Shown piece after piece: positions 8,102 to 16,502 of a stretch of DNA of 32,000 nucleotides (position 1 is the first letter of the stretch; each line of letters begins with the position of its first letter). A program made the translations under genes and the position numbers. Below the pieces are notes generated by a model. It saw only the letters and a list, made by a program, of their open reading frames with translations. It made no database searches and was not told the DNA's origin. This stretch comes from an uncultured Clostridia bacterium (lineage in GTDB: Bacteria; Bacillota; Clostridia; TANB77; CAG-465), in the NCBI GenBank assembly GCA_934149365.1, contig CAKPEI010000005.1:74057-106056 (forward strand), given 5' to 3'.

Positions 8102-8872
8102 CTATTTTTCTTCTTTGTTTTTATTTATAAGTTCTTTTGCCAATTTCTTATACGTTCTTGCCCCCTTAGATAAAGGATCATACATAGATATTGGCAACCC
8201 GTGACTTGGAGCTTCACTTAGTCTTATATTTCTTGGTATAACTGTATCAAACACTCTTTCTCCAAAATACTTTGATACTTCTTCTGCGACTTGTGAAGAA
8301 AGTCTTGTCCTAGAATCGTACATAGTAAGCAATACGCCTTCAATCTCTAGATCTGGATTCAAATGTTTTTTTACTAACTTTATCGAATTAACTAATTGAC
8401 CAAGTCCTTCTAATGCATAATATTCACATTGTATAGGAACAATAACACTATCTGCAGCCGTAAACGCGTTTAATGTTATAAGGCCAAGTGAAGGAGGACA
8501 GTCAATAAAAACATAATCATAATTTGTTTCCATACGATCTATTGCATTTTTTAATCTATTCTCCCTAGACACCAATGATACAAGTTCTATTTCCGCACCA
8601 GCTAAATCAATATTTGAAGCACAAATATGTAGATTCTTAACCATAGTAGGTTTTATAGCGTCTTCTATTTTTATGTCATCTACAAGTACATCATATACTG
8701 ATTTTTCATCATGGTTATTTATACTAAGTCCACTTGTTGCATTTCCCTGTGGATCTATATCAATTAATAAAACTTTCTTTCCTTTTTCTGCTACACAAGC
8801 ACTTAAATTTATAGATGTAGTTGTTTTACCTACACCACCTTTTTGATTTGCTATTGCTATTACTTTAGGCAT
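8102..8872 (-). CDS. parA: Chromosome partitioning ATPase ParA/Soj
   Basis: 256 aa with the deviant Walker A motif NQKGGVGKTTT and typical ParA length. Confidence 0.9.
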   Translation of the reverse strand: MPKVIAIANQKGGVGKTTTSINLSACVAEKGKKVLLIDIDPQGNATSGLSINNHDEKSVYDVLVDDIKIEDAIKPTMVKNLHICASNIDLAGAEIELVSLVSRENRLKNAIDRMETNYDYVFIDCPPSLGLITLNAFTAADSVIVPIQCEYYALEGLGQLVNSIKLVKKHLNPDLEIEGVLLTMYDSRTRLSSQVAEEVSKYFGERVFDTVIPRNIRLSEAPSHGLPISMYDPLSKGARTYKKLAKELINKNKEEK

Positions 8873-8914
8873 TTTCTTTTATTCACCTCTTCTTGCTATT
8901 ATATTACAAAATAT

Positions 8915-8952
8915 ATAAAAAAGAAAGAGAAAATTACTATTTTTTCTCTTTC
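8915..8952 (-). terminator. Terminator after the 91-aa orphan gene
   Basis: Minus-strand GAAAGAGAAAA-loop-TTTTCTCTTTC 11-bp stem followed by T6. Confidence 0.6.
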
Positions 8953-8964
8953 AAGTTAATTTTA

Positions 8965-9240
8965 TTAAACAATTTGAGATTTCGATATAAAATGATATAA
9001 AGCTTCCATTCCACCAACTCTTTGAAAAGCTGAATAAACCACAATATCATTTTCTTTTACAAACTTATACAAACTATCTTTCCCACTCTGAATGAAAGAA
9101 TAATATAAACTCGTAACTCTTTGTAATAGTTGCATTACCCGCTCACTTGATACATCTTCTTCTAGTATAACTTTACGGAAACGCCTAGCTTCAATCTCTT
9201 GTTTTCTGTTTAACTCATGCTTACAATTAATTTTTTTCAT
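8965..9240 (-). CDS. Hypothetical 91-aa protein with no recognisable motif
   Basis: GGAGGA RBS 7 nt from the ATG. The gene lies between the rsmG 3'-end hairpin (which includes the rsmG stop codon) and its own terminator at 8915-8952, so it looks like a separate transcription unit. The protein is predicted soluble and helical. Confidence 0.55.
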   Translation of the reverse strand: MKKINCKHELNRKQEIEARRFRKVILEEDVSSERVMQLLQRVTSLYYSFIQSGKDSLYKFVKENDIVVYSAFQRVGGMEALYHFISKSQIV

Positions 9241-9318
9241 TATATTTCCTCCATATATTAATACTAAGGTTTATATTTAAATCTGTATAAGTATATCATA
9301 AAACCCTTTATAAATCAA

Positions 9319-10053
9319 TTATAAAGGGTTCTTCTTTATTTTAGAATACATTCTAGGATACTTTTCTTTATTTGGTTTATCCTTACTATATACTAATATA
9401 TTTCTTGTTATATTTTCTTTTTTATATTCAAAATTAAATTTATCATTCTTTTCTAATTTCAAACCTAATTCTTTTACTGCATTATTTGAAGATTTTATTT
9501 CTTCATCTACGTTAATAGACTTCATACATATACACTTACCTGTAACTTTAACATAGCCAGATAAATACTCAAGCAATACATTCAAAGATGCTACAGCCCT
9601 TGCTATGGCTACATCATACTTTTCTCTATATTCTATATTATGAGCTAACTCTTCGGCTCTACCGTGTACTGTTTTTATATTATCTAGCTCAAGCTTTTCT
9701 ATAACATTATTTAAGAAGTTAATTCTTTTATTCAAAGAATCTAGCAACGTTATATTAATATCTTTTCCATAATATATCGCAAGAACAATACCAGGAAAAC
9801 CCGCACCAGTTCCAACATCTATTATATTTATTCCTTTTAAAACGAACTTAGTACTTAGTAAAGAATCCACAAAATGTTTAACTATAATATCATCGTCTTC
9901 AGTTATTGCAGTAAGATTTATTTTTTCGTTCCATTCTAGTAGCAATTGTTTATATGTATATAGTTTGCCAGCCTGATCTTTATTAATAGTTATTCCTTGG
10001 CTTTCAGCAAATTTAATTAAATATTCAACAAATTCTTCTTTTGTCATTTTCAT
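9319..10053 (-). CDS. rsmG: 16S rRNA (guanine527-N7)-methyltransferase RsmG (GidB)
   Basis: 244 aa. SAM motif IDVGTGAGFPG, and a conserved position downstream of mnmG. Confidence 0.9.
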   Translation of the reverse strand: MKMTKEEFVEYLIKFAESQGITINKDQAGKLYTYKQLLLEWNEKINLTAITEDDDIIVKHFVDSLLSTKFVLKGINIIDVGTGAGFPGIVLAIYYGKDINITLLDSLNKRINFLNNVIEKLELDNIKTVHGRAEELAHNIEYREKYDVAIARAVASLNVLLEYLSGYVKVTGKCICMKSINVDEEIKSSNNAVKELGLKLEKNDKFNFEYKKENITRNILVYSKDKPNKEKYPRMYSKIKKNPL

Positions 10054-10060
10054 GTGAAAA

Positions 10061-11950
10061 CTATTCTCCTTTTCTGTTCATTTGATTTAGATATATTAAT
10101 AATACCGATATATCTGATGGTGAAACTCCTGATATTCTTGATGCTTGTCCTATTGATAAAGGCTTCTGTTTGTTTAGCTTTTGCCTTGCTTCTAATGAAA
10201 GTCCTTTTATTTCTTCATAATCTATATCAGCTTTTAATTTCTTATTTTCTAATTTTTTAAATGCTTTTATTTGTTCTAATTGTAATTTAATGTATCCTTC
10301 ATATTTTATTTGTATTTCAACTTGTTCTTTTACACTTTCTGGAAGATCAGGTCTTTCATCGTCCAATTTAGCTGTATTATCATAATTTAGTTCAGTCCTT
10401 TTAAGTAAATCTGACAACTTAACACCAACCTCTAGTTCACTACTACCAAGGCTTCTAAGTATTTTGTTATTGTTCTCTGTTGGAGACACTTTCTTATTTT
10501 TTACTCTTTCTATTTCTTGTTCTATAAGTGATTTTTTATTTATAAATTTATCATATTGTTCTTGTTTTACTAAGCCAATTTTATATCCCTTTTCTGTAAG
10601 TCTTAAATCTGCATTATCTTGTCTTAACAATAATCTATACTCAGATCTAGATGTCATCATTCTATATGGTTCATTCGTTCCTTTTGTTACTAAATCATCA
10701 ATTAAAACACCTATATACGCTTCTGATCTATCTAATATAAGAGGGACCTTTTTGTCTATCTTTCTTGAAGCATTAATTCCTGCTATTATTCCTTGTGCTG
10801 CAGCTTCCTCATAACCAGAACTTCCATTAACTTGTCCTGCAAAAAACAACCCATCTATTCCTTTGTATTCTAGCGATAAATTTAAATTTGTAGAATCTAT
10901 ACAATCATATTCTATTGCATATGCAGGTCTCATCATCTTAGCGTTTTCAAGTCCTGGAACAGTTCTATACATTTTAATTTGAACATCTTCAGGCAAGCAA
11001 GATGACATTCCTTGTATATATGTTTCGTTAGTGTTTTCTCCCATTGGTTCTATGAATATTTGATGTCTTTCTTTGTCTTTAAAACGCATTACTTTATCTT
11101 CTATAGACGGGCAATATCTAGGCCCTATTCCCTTTATTTCTCCGCTATAAAGTGGTGATCTATGAATATTATCCTTTATTACCTTATGAGTTTCTACATT
11201 TGTGTATGTTAAATAACATTTAATTTGTTCTCTATCAAGTATTTCTTTATTATCCTCATTTAAAAAAGAAAATGATTTTACATCTGAATCACCATACTGT
11301 GGTTCCATCTTACTAAAATCTAAGTCTTTACTATTCATTCTTGCAGGTGTTCCTGTTTTGAATCTTCTAAGATTTATTCCTATTTTGTTTAAACTTTCAG
11401 ATAATTTATTGGCAGGAAATACCCCATCTGGGCCACTTTCATAAGATACGTCACCTATTATAACTTTACCTTTTAAGTAAGTACCTGTTGTAACGACTAT
11501 ACATTTTGATTTATATATAGCTCCTGTTTTTGTTTTTATACCTTCTATCTTATCACCATATATAATATCTGTAACTTCAGCTTGATATATATCAAGATTT
11601 TCTTCATTTTCTAGTACATTTTTCATATACATATGATATTTTTTTCTATCTATCTGTGCTCTTAGTGAATGAACAGCTGGTCCTTTTGAACTATTTAGCA
11701 TTTTAGATTGTATATAACATGCATCTGCAGATTTTCCCATTTGTCCACCCAACGCATCAATTTCTCTTACCAAATGTCCTTTTGAAGTTCCTCCTATGCT
11801 AGGATTACAAGGCATGTTAGCCAATGTATCCATGTTTATAATAAACATTGCTGTACTTTTTCCAAGTCTTGCAGACGCTAATGCTGCTTCTATGCCAGCA
11901 TGTCCCCCACCTATTACTATAACATCATATTTTCCTGCATTATATTCCAT
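10061..11950 (-). CDS. mnmG: tRNA uridine 5-carboxymethylaminomethyl modification enzyme MnmG (GidA)
   Basis: 629 aa. FAD motif [26 protein letters not shown], and the canonical length. Confidence 0.95.
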   Translation of the reverse strand: MEYNAGKYDVIVIGGGHAGIEAALASARLGKSTAMFIINMDTLANMPCNPSIGGTSKGHLVREIDALGGQMGKSADACYIQSKMLNSSKGPAVHSLRAQIDRKKYHMYMKNVLENEENLDIYQAEVTDIIYGDKIEGIKTKTGAIYKSKCIVVTTGTYLKGKVIIGDVSYESGPDGVFPANKLSESLNKIGINLRRFKTGTPARMNSKDLDFSKMEPQYGDSDVKSFSFLNEDNKEILDREQIKCYLTYTNVETHKVIKDNIHRSPLYSGEIKGIGPRYCPSIEDKVMRFKDKERHQIFIEPMGENTNETYIQGMSSCLPEDVQIKMYRTVPGLENAKMMRPAYAIEYDCIDSTNLNLSLEYKGIDGLFFAGQVNGSSGYEEAAAQGIIAGINASRKIDKKVPLILDRSEAYIGVLIDDLVTKGTNEPYRMMTSRSEYRLLLRQDNADLRLTEKGYKIGLVKQEQYDKFINKKSLIEQEIERVKNKKVSPTENNNKILRSLGSSELEVGVKLSDLLKRTELNYDNTAKLDDERPDLPESVKEQVEIQIKYEGYIKLQLEQIKAFKKLENKKLKADIDYEEIKGLSLEARQKLNKQKPLSIGQASRISGVSPSDISVLLIYLNQMNRKGE

Positions 11951-11959
11951 ACTTTTTTC

Positions 11960-13327
11960 CTACTTTCCTAAACAAAATTTTTCAAATATTTTATTTATTA
12001 TATCATTTGTTACTTCTTGTCCTAAAATTTCACCTAAATATCTGGCTGCATTTTTTATATTTATTTCTGCTATATCTACTCCTAAATTTTTGTTTACCTC
12101 ATCAATAGCATTCATTATACTATCATAACTTTTTTCAAGTAATTCTTTATGCCTTTGATTTACTATAACAATTTCTTCGTTTGTCTCTATTTGTCCCAAA
12201 TTAAAAATATAGCCTATTTTTTCTTTAAGAGTATCTATACCTTCCTTTGTCAAAAAAGATGTCTCTATGACGTTCTCAGAGCTTTGTATATTCTTTTCAA
12301 TTTCTTTAATTTTTTCACGTGAAACATCAACCTTATTTAAGCACACTATATATTTTTTATTTTTTTGATTTATTTTTTCTAATATGTCAATATCATTTTG
12401 TGTAATTCCTTTTGTTGCATCTATTACCATTATAACAAAATCTACTTTATCTATTATTTCTATACTTCTTTTTATTCCTATCTTTTCTACCACGTCATCA
12501 GTTTCTCTTATTCCAGCCGTATCAAATATATTAAGAACTATATTGTCTAAAATTATAGTTTCCTCCACTATATCTCTAGTAGTTCCTTCTATATCAGTTA
12601 CAATAGCTTTCTCACTTTTTGCTAATGTATTTAATAACGATGATTTACCAGCATTTGTACCGCCTAGTATAGCAACGTTAATTCCTTCTTTTATATATTT
12701 TCCGTTTTCATAAGAATTTATATATGCTTTTAACATATCTGCTATATCAGTTAACTTATTTTTTATTTCATCATTTTCTAATTCTTCATAATCATATTCT
12801 GGATAATCAATACTAACCTCTATTTGAGCCAACATTTCTATTAATTTTTCTCTTTCCTTGTTTATAGCAGTATATAATTCCCCCTCCAATTGCTCTGTTG
12901 CTATTCTTGTTTGGAGTTTAGTTTTGGCATTTATTAAATCAATAATTCCTTCTGCTTTTGACAAGTCCATTTTACCATTTAAGAAAGCCCTTTTAGAGAA
13001 TTCGCCAGGCTCTGCAATTCTAGCACCATTACTTAATACGAGTTCTAATATATCAAGCGTTACTCTCCTACCGCCGTGACAGTTTATTTCACATATATCT
13101 TCTCCTGTAAAAGAATTAGGAGATTTAAAATATGAAACTAAAACCTCATCTACTATTTTATCATCATCTTTTATTTTCCCGTATATGATCTTTTGATGAT
13201 CAAGTTTACTAGCACCTGTGAATATTTTATCTATGATTTTTTTACTATATTCTCCACTTATTCTTATTATATTTATACCCGAATTGTTTCCGCCAGTACT
13301 TATGGCAGCAATCGTATCTGTTAACAT
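11960..13327 (-). CDS. mnmE: tRNA modification GTPase MnmE (TrmE)
   Basis: 455 aa. G-domain motifs GGTNAGKSSLLN and DTAGIRE, and a C-terminal FCLGK (CxGK) motif. Confidence 0.95.
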   Translation of the reverse strand: MLTDTIAAISTGGNNSGINIIRISGEYSKKIIDKIFTGASKLDHQKIIYGKIKDDDKIVDEVLVSYFKSPNSFTGEDICEINCHGGRRVTLDILELVLSNGARIAEPGEFSKRAFLNGKMDLSKAEGIIDLINAKTKLQTRIATEQLEGELYTAINKEREKLIEMLAQIEVSIDYPEYDYEELENDEIKNKLTDIADMLKAYINSYENGKYIKEGINVAILGGTNAGKSSLLNTLAKSEKAIVTDIEGTTRDIVEETIILDNIVLNIFDTAGIRETDDVVEKIGIKRSIEIIDKVDFVIMVIDATKGITQNDIDILEKINQKNKKYIVCLNKVDVSREKIKEIEKNIQSSENVIETSFLTKEGIDTLKEKIGYIFNLGQIETNEEIVIVNQRHKELLEKSYDSIMNAIDEVNKNLGVDIAEINIKNAARYLGEILGQEVTNDIINKIFEKFCLGK

Positions 13328-13382
13328 AACTTTACTTTCTCCTCACAAAAAAGTCAGACTACGTCTGATCTTTTTAATATAT

Positions 13383-14030
13383 TTATCTTTTTAATTTAAT
13401 AACAACTCTTCTTCTAGGTTCAACACCAATACTTTCTGTTATTACATCATTTCTTTTAGCTATTTCAGTATGTATTATCATTCTTTCGTATGCAGACATA
13501 GGTTCTAATTTAATAACCTTCTTAAATCTAACTACATTATCTGCCATTTTGTTTGCTAGTCTTTTTAATGTTTCTTCTTTCTTCTTCTTATAGTCATTAA
13601 CTTCAATAAAAACCTTAGCATTTTCTTCAGTATCTTTTTGAAGTATTGAATTTACAGTTGATTGAAGTGCTTCAATAGTTCTTCCTTTATACCCAATTAA
13701 ATGAGAACTTTCTCCACTATCTATAATAACTTCTACCTTTCCATTATTATTTTTTATACTATATTTAGAATCATCATGCATTATTTCGAATATCTTCCCT
13801 ATTATTGCATCAACCTTCTGAATAGTACCATTTACAGTTGCATCATCTAATTTTTTATCTACTACAAGTCTAACTTTTGCAAGCTTGCTAGAAAGTACAC
13901 CAAGCATACCCTTTGAAGGTTCCTCTATAACTTCTATTTTAACATAATCTCTAGGCACTTTTAATTCTTCTAATCCTTTTCTTATGGCTTCTTCTACAGT
14001 TTTTCCAACTTGTTCTGTAACTTTTTTCAT
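13383..14030 (-). CDS. jag: Jag/KhpB RNA-binding protein (Jag_N, KH and R3H domains)
   Basis: 215 aa. The C-terminal R3H-like segment is LEPMSAYERMIIHTEI. The start overlaps the yidC stop (TAATG). Confidence 0.85.
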   Translation of the reverse strand: MKKVTEQVGKTVEEAIRKGLEELKVPRDYVKIEVIEEPSKGMLGVLSSKLAKVRLVVDKKLDDATVNGTIQKVDAIIGKIFEIMHDDSKYSIKNNNGKVEVIIDSGESSHLIGYKGRTIEALQSTVNSILQKDTEENAKVFIEVNDYKKKKEETLKRLANKMADNVVRFKKVIKLEPMSAYERMIIHTEIAKRNDVITESIGVEPRRRVVIKLKR

Positions 14031-14866
14031 TATTTTTCGCTCCTTTCGTTTAGCATAATCTTCTTATCTTTCACCATTTTTGATATGATAATCTGACTAC
14101 CTAATTGGCAAATGCTACCTATAAGCCAGTACACTCCTAAAGCAAGTGGCATTATATATGAAATATAAGCTGACAAAAATGGTAACATCATATTCATAGT
14201 TTTTTGTTGCTCTTTTTGTTCTTCTGTCATATTACTATCTCTCATACTTAATTTTGTCTGAACAAATGATAAAACTAAACTAAGTACTGGAACTATTAGT
14301 GTATAATAACTAGGTCTATCTTCTTTTGCTATGCTTCTATTTATTGAATTAGCAGGTATATCACCAAAATTAATTCCCAAGAAATTCATATTTATTATAT
14401 TTTTTTCATTAGCTATCTTAATTTCATTGTTTTTTATATCATTCTTTGTTACTTCTTTTTCATCACCATTTATTTCTTTAACATATTCAATAATCTGCTC
14501 ATTTGGAACTTGTTTTATGTATGTTAACGGTTGCTTTACAATATAAAACATTGCTAATATTATAGGTATTTGTATAATTGCTGTTAAACATCCAGCCATA
14601 GGATTTATTTTGTGTTCTTGGTACAATCTCTGCAATTCCATACCCATTTTTTCATTATTACCTTTATATTTTTTTCTTATTTCCTGTTCTAGCGGGGAAA
14701 TCTTTTTAGTTTCCTCAAGTGCTTTTGCTTGTTTCAAGCTAAGAGGAAACAATATAATTTTAGTTAATACCGCAAATATTATAATTGATAATCCATAATT
14801 TTCTCCAACTAAATTATATATTAATCTTATTACTGCCCCAAATAAATTTGCTATTGCTTCTATCAT
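14030..14866 (-). CDS. yidC: Membrane protein insertase YidC/SpoIIIJ/OxaA
   Basis: 278 aa multi-TM protein with PLSLKQ, MQxLQP-like (MELQRLYQEHKINP) and MPLxxGxYW-type motifs, in the conserved rnpA-yidD-yidC-jag context. Confidence 0.9.
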   Translation of the reverse strand: MIEAIANLFGAVIRLIYNLVGENYGLSIIIFAVLTKIILFPLSLKQAKALEETKKISPLEQEIRKKYKGNNEKMGMELQRLYQEHKINPMAGCLTAIIQIPIILAMFYIVKQPLTYIKQVPNEQIIEYVKEINGDEKEVTKNDIKNNEIKIANEKNIINMNFLGINFGDIPANSINRSIAKEDRPSYYTLIVPVLSLVLSFVQTKLSMRDSNMTEEQKEQQKTMNMMLPFLSAYISYIMPLALGVYWLIGSICQLGSQIIISKMVKDKKIMLNERSEK

Positions 14867-14892
14867 TAATATAACTCCTTAATTATTTAACT

Positions 14893-15093
14893 TCATCTAT
14901 TCCACCGTTTAAAAAACGGGTTACATCTAAGTATTCTAAAAAAAGCCATCATTCCGCCTTTTATTATACCATATCTGTCAATAGCAACTATGGCGTAATT
15001 AGAACAACTTGGATAGTATCTACATTTAGAACCAAACATAGGTGATATGTACTTTTGATATTGTTTTATTAACCATATTGCTACATTTTTCAT
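14893..15093 (-). CDS. yidD: Membrane protein insertion efficiency factor YidD; the 3' end looks frameshifted (see findings)
   Basis: 66 aa with [17 protein letters not shown] and ILRCNPF. The canonical GG-x-D-x-V tail is encoded in the -1 frame after a T6 run. Confidence 0.8.
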   Translation of the reverse strand: MKNVAIWLIKQYQKYISPMFGSKCRYYPSCSNYAIVAIDRYGIIKGGMMAFFRILRCNPFFKRWNR

Positions 15094-15432
15094 TTATATT
15101 ACTCCTACTTCTTTCATGGCGGTTTCTATTTCAGATTTAACTTTGTTAAAATTAAGCTCATCAACCTGAATTTTCTTTTTATATAAAACAATTATATAAT
15201 AGCCTTTTTTCATACTACTTTCTAACTCTTTATATCCTTCTCTTACCCACCTTTTTAACTTATTTCTAACCACACTATTTCCATGTTTTTTACTAACACA
15301 TATTCCTAAATAGTTATTTTCACTGTTATTTTTCATGGCATATACAGTTATATTATCTTCAGAGTAATATTTCCCTCTTTTTAATATTTTTTTAAATAAG
15401 TATCTGCCTTTTAACGAACTAGTAAATACCAT
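15094..15432 (-). CDS. rnpA: Ribonuclease P protein component RnpA
   Basis: 112 aa basic protein with the VRNKLKRWVRE (RNR-like) motif, downstream of rpmH. RBS GGAGGA. Confidence 0.85.
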   Translation of the reverse strand: MVFTSSLKGRYLFKKILKRGKYYSEDNITVYAMKNNSENNYLGICVSKKHGNSVVRNKLKRWVREGYKELESSMKKGYYIIVLYKKKIQVDELNFNKVKSEIETAMKEVGVI

Positions 15433-15473
15433 TACTTTCCTCCTTTTGATAAGCTATATTTTAACATAAAATA

Positions 15474-15504
15474 TAAAAAAAATAAAGGTATTTGATACCT
15501 TTAT
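15474..15504 (-). terminator. Hairpin plus T-run between rpmH and rnpA
   Basis: Minus-strand ATAAAGGTAT-caa-ATACCTTTAT followed by T8. Confidence 0.55.
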
Positions 15505-15524
15505 CCAAAAATATACCATTTTAT

Positions 15525-15659
15525 TTAGTGAGTTAACTCTGCTCTACCTTTTGCTCTTCTGCTCTTTAATATAGCTCTACCAGAAGCAGTACTCATTCTT
15601 TTTCTAAATCCATGTTCTCTTTTTGCTTGTCTGTTTTTTGGTTGAAATGTCATTTTCAT
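15525..15659 (-). CDS. rpmH: 50S ribosomal protein L34
   Basis: Too short for the ORF track. Hand translation gives [44 protein letters not shown] (44 aa). GGAGGT RBS upstream. Confidence 0.9.
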   Translation of the reverse strand: MKMTFQPKNRQAKREHGFRKRMSTASGRAILKSRRAKGRAELTH

Positions 15660-15702
15660 GTCTTACACCTCCAAAGTTAAATTGTGATTTTTTCCTTTTG
15701 AG

Positions 15703-15731
15703 ATTATACTATATAATTTTCTATTTGTCAA
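15703..15731 (-). promoter_or_regulatory. Consensus sigma-A promoter of rpmH
   Basis: Minus-strand TTGACA (15731-15726), a 17-nt spacer, then TATAAT (15708-15703). Confidence 0.65.
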
Positions 15732-15797
15732 ACCTTTTTAATAATTTATTATATTTTGTATTTGTTTTCCTTTATTTCTAACCAGTATCAATTATTA

Positions 15798-15826
15798 TTG
15801 ACATAACTCTAACTTTATGTTATACT
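15798..15826 (+). promoter_or_regulatory. Sigma-A promoter of the 123-aa orphan gene
   Basis: TTGACA (15798-15803), a 17-nt spacer, then TATACT (15821-15826). It is divergent from the rpmH promoter, 66 bp away. Confidence 0.6.
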
Positions 15827-15881
15827 ATCAAAGTAGATATTTAATTTATCTTAAACTAATGTTCTAGGAGGATTTACAATT

Positions 15882-16253
15882 ATGAGTAACGTAATGGAAA
15901 TGACAATTAATGAAATTCGGATGACTTACTTAAATCTTTTTCCAAGCGTCAGCGAGAAATACTTAGAAAGTATTCCTTTAACTGATATTATGGCAGAAAT
16001 AGAGGAGGAAGAAAAAAGAATTTCTGATATCATATTAAATGAAGAAGATCTTTCAAAATTAAAACATAGCCCGAGTAAGAAAAAGAAAGCAAACAGAGTG
16101 AATAAGGCGCGGAAAAGTACATTTGTAAAGCAAAAATCAAAATGGAAAATTCCCACCACAAAGCCTATTGAGGATGACACTACTAACAACCGCTCTTACT
16201 TAAAAAGAAAGTACGCTGGTTATATAAAATTAAAACCTCAAAAAAGTTTATAA
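15882..16253 (+). CDS. Hypothetical 123-aa protein with an acidic N-terminal half and a Lys/Arg-rich C-terminal half
   Basis: AGGAGG RBS 10 nt upstream of the ATG, plus its own promoter and terminator. No TM segment and no motif I recognise. Confidence 0.6.
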   Translation: MSNVMEMTINEIRMTYLNLFPSVSEKYLESIPLTDIMAEIEEEEKRISDIILNEEDLSKLKHSPSKKKKANRVNKARKSTFVKQKSKWKIPTTKPIEDDTTNNRSYLKRKYAGYIKLKPQKSL

Positions 16254-16258
16254 GAAGC

Positions 16259-16295
16259 ATACCCCCAAGCTAATTTAGTTTGGGGGTATTTCTTA
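16259..16295 (+). terminator. Terminator of the 123-aa orphan gene
   Basis: ATACCCCCAA-loop-TTGGGGGTAT 10-bp stem followed by TTCTT. Confidence 0.6.
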
Positions 16296-16417
16296 TGTAA
16301 AGCATAAGAGAGATTTGTAAAAAACACTTGTATTTTGTGTAAATATTTGATATATTATAGCAAAAATATGTCTTGTTTTTTGTAGAAAAAACAAATTAAC
16401 AACTTTATGTAACATAT

Positions 16418-16426
16418 TGTTATAAT
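16418..16426 (+). promoter_or_regulatory. Candidate extended -10 element of a dnaA promoter
   Basis: TGTTATAAT (TGnTATAAT). The best -35 candidate, TTAACA, is 19 nt away, so the match is only moderate. Confidence 0.35.
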
Positions 16427-16448
16427 ACTAATTATTTTTCTGTAAAAG

Positions 16449-16480
16449 TTATCAACACCTGTGGATAACTTTGTGGATAA
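16449..16480. promoter_or_regulatory. Upstream DnaA-box cluster (3 boxes) in the dnaA leader
   Basis: TTATCAACA (16449-16457, 1 mismatch), TGTGGATAA (16460-16468) and TGTGGATAA (16472-16480), compared with the consensus TTATCCACA. Confidence 0.8.
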
Positions 16481-16502
16481 CTTTTTTAAAAGGAGGTTAA
16501 AA

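Noticed and set aside
16461-16502. N-terminal extension of dnaA (MDNFVDNFFKRRLK) in the ORF track
   Set aside because: The extension is the translation of the two TGTGGATAA DnaA boxes. A strong AGGAGG RBS precedes the ATG at 16503.
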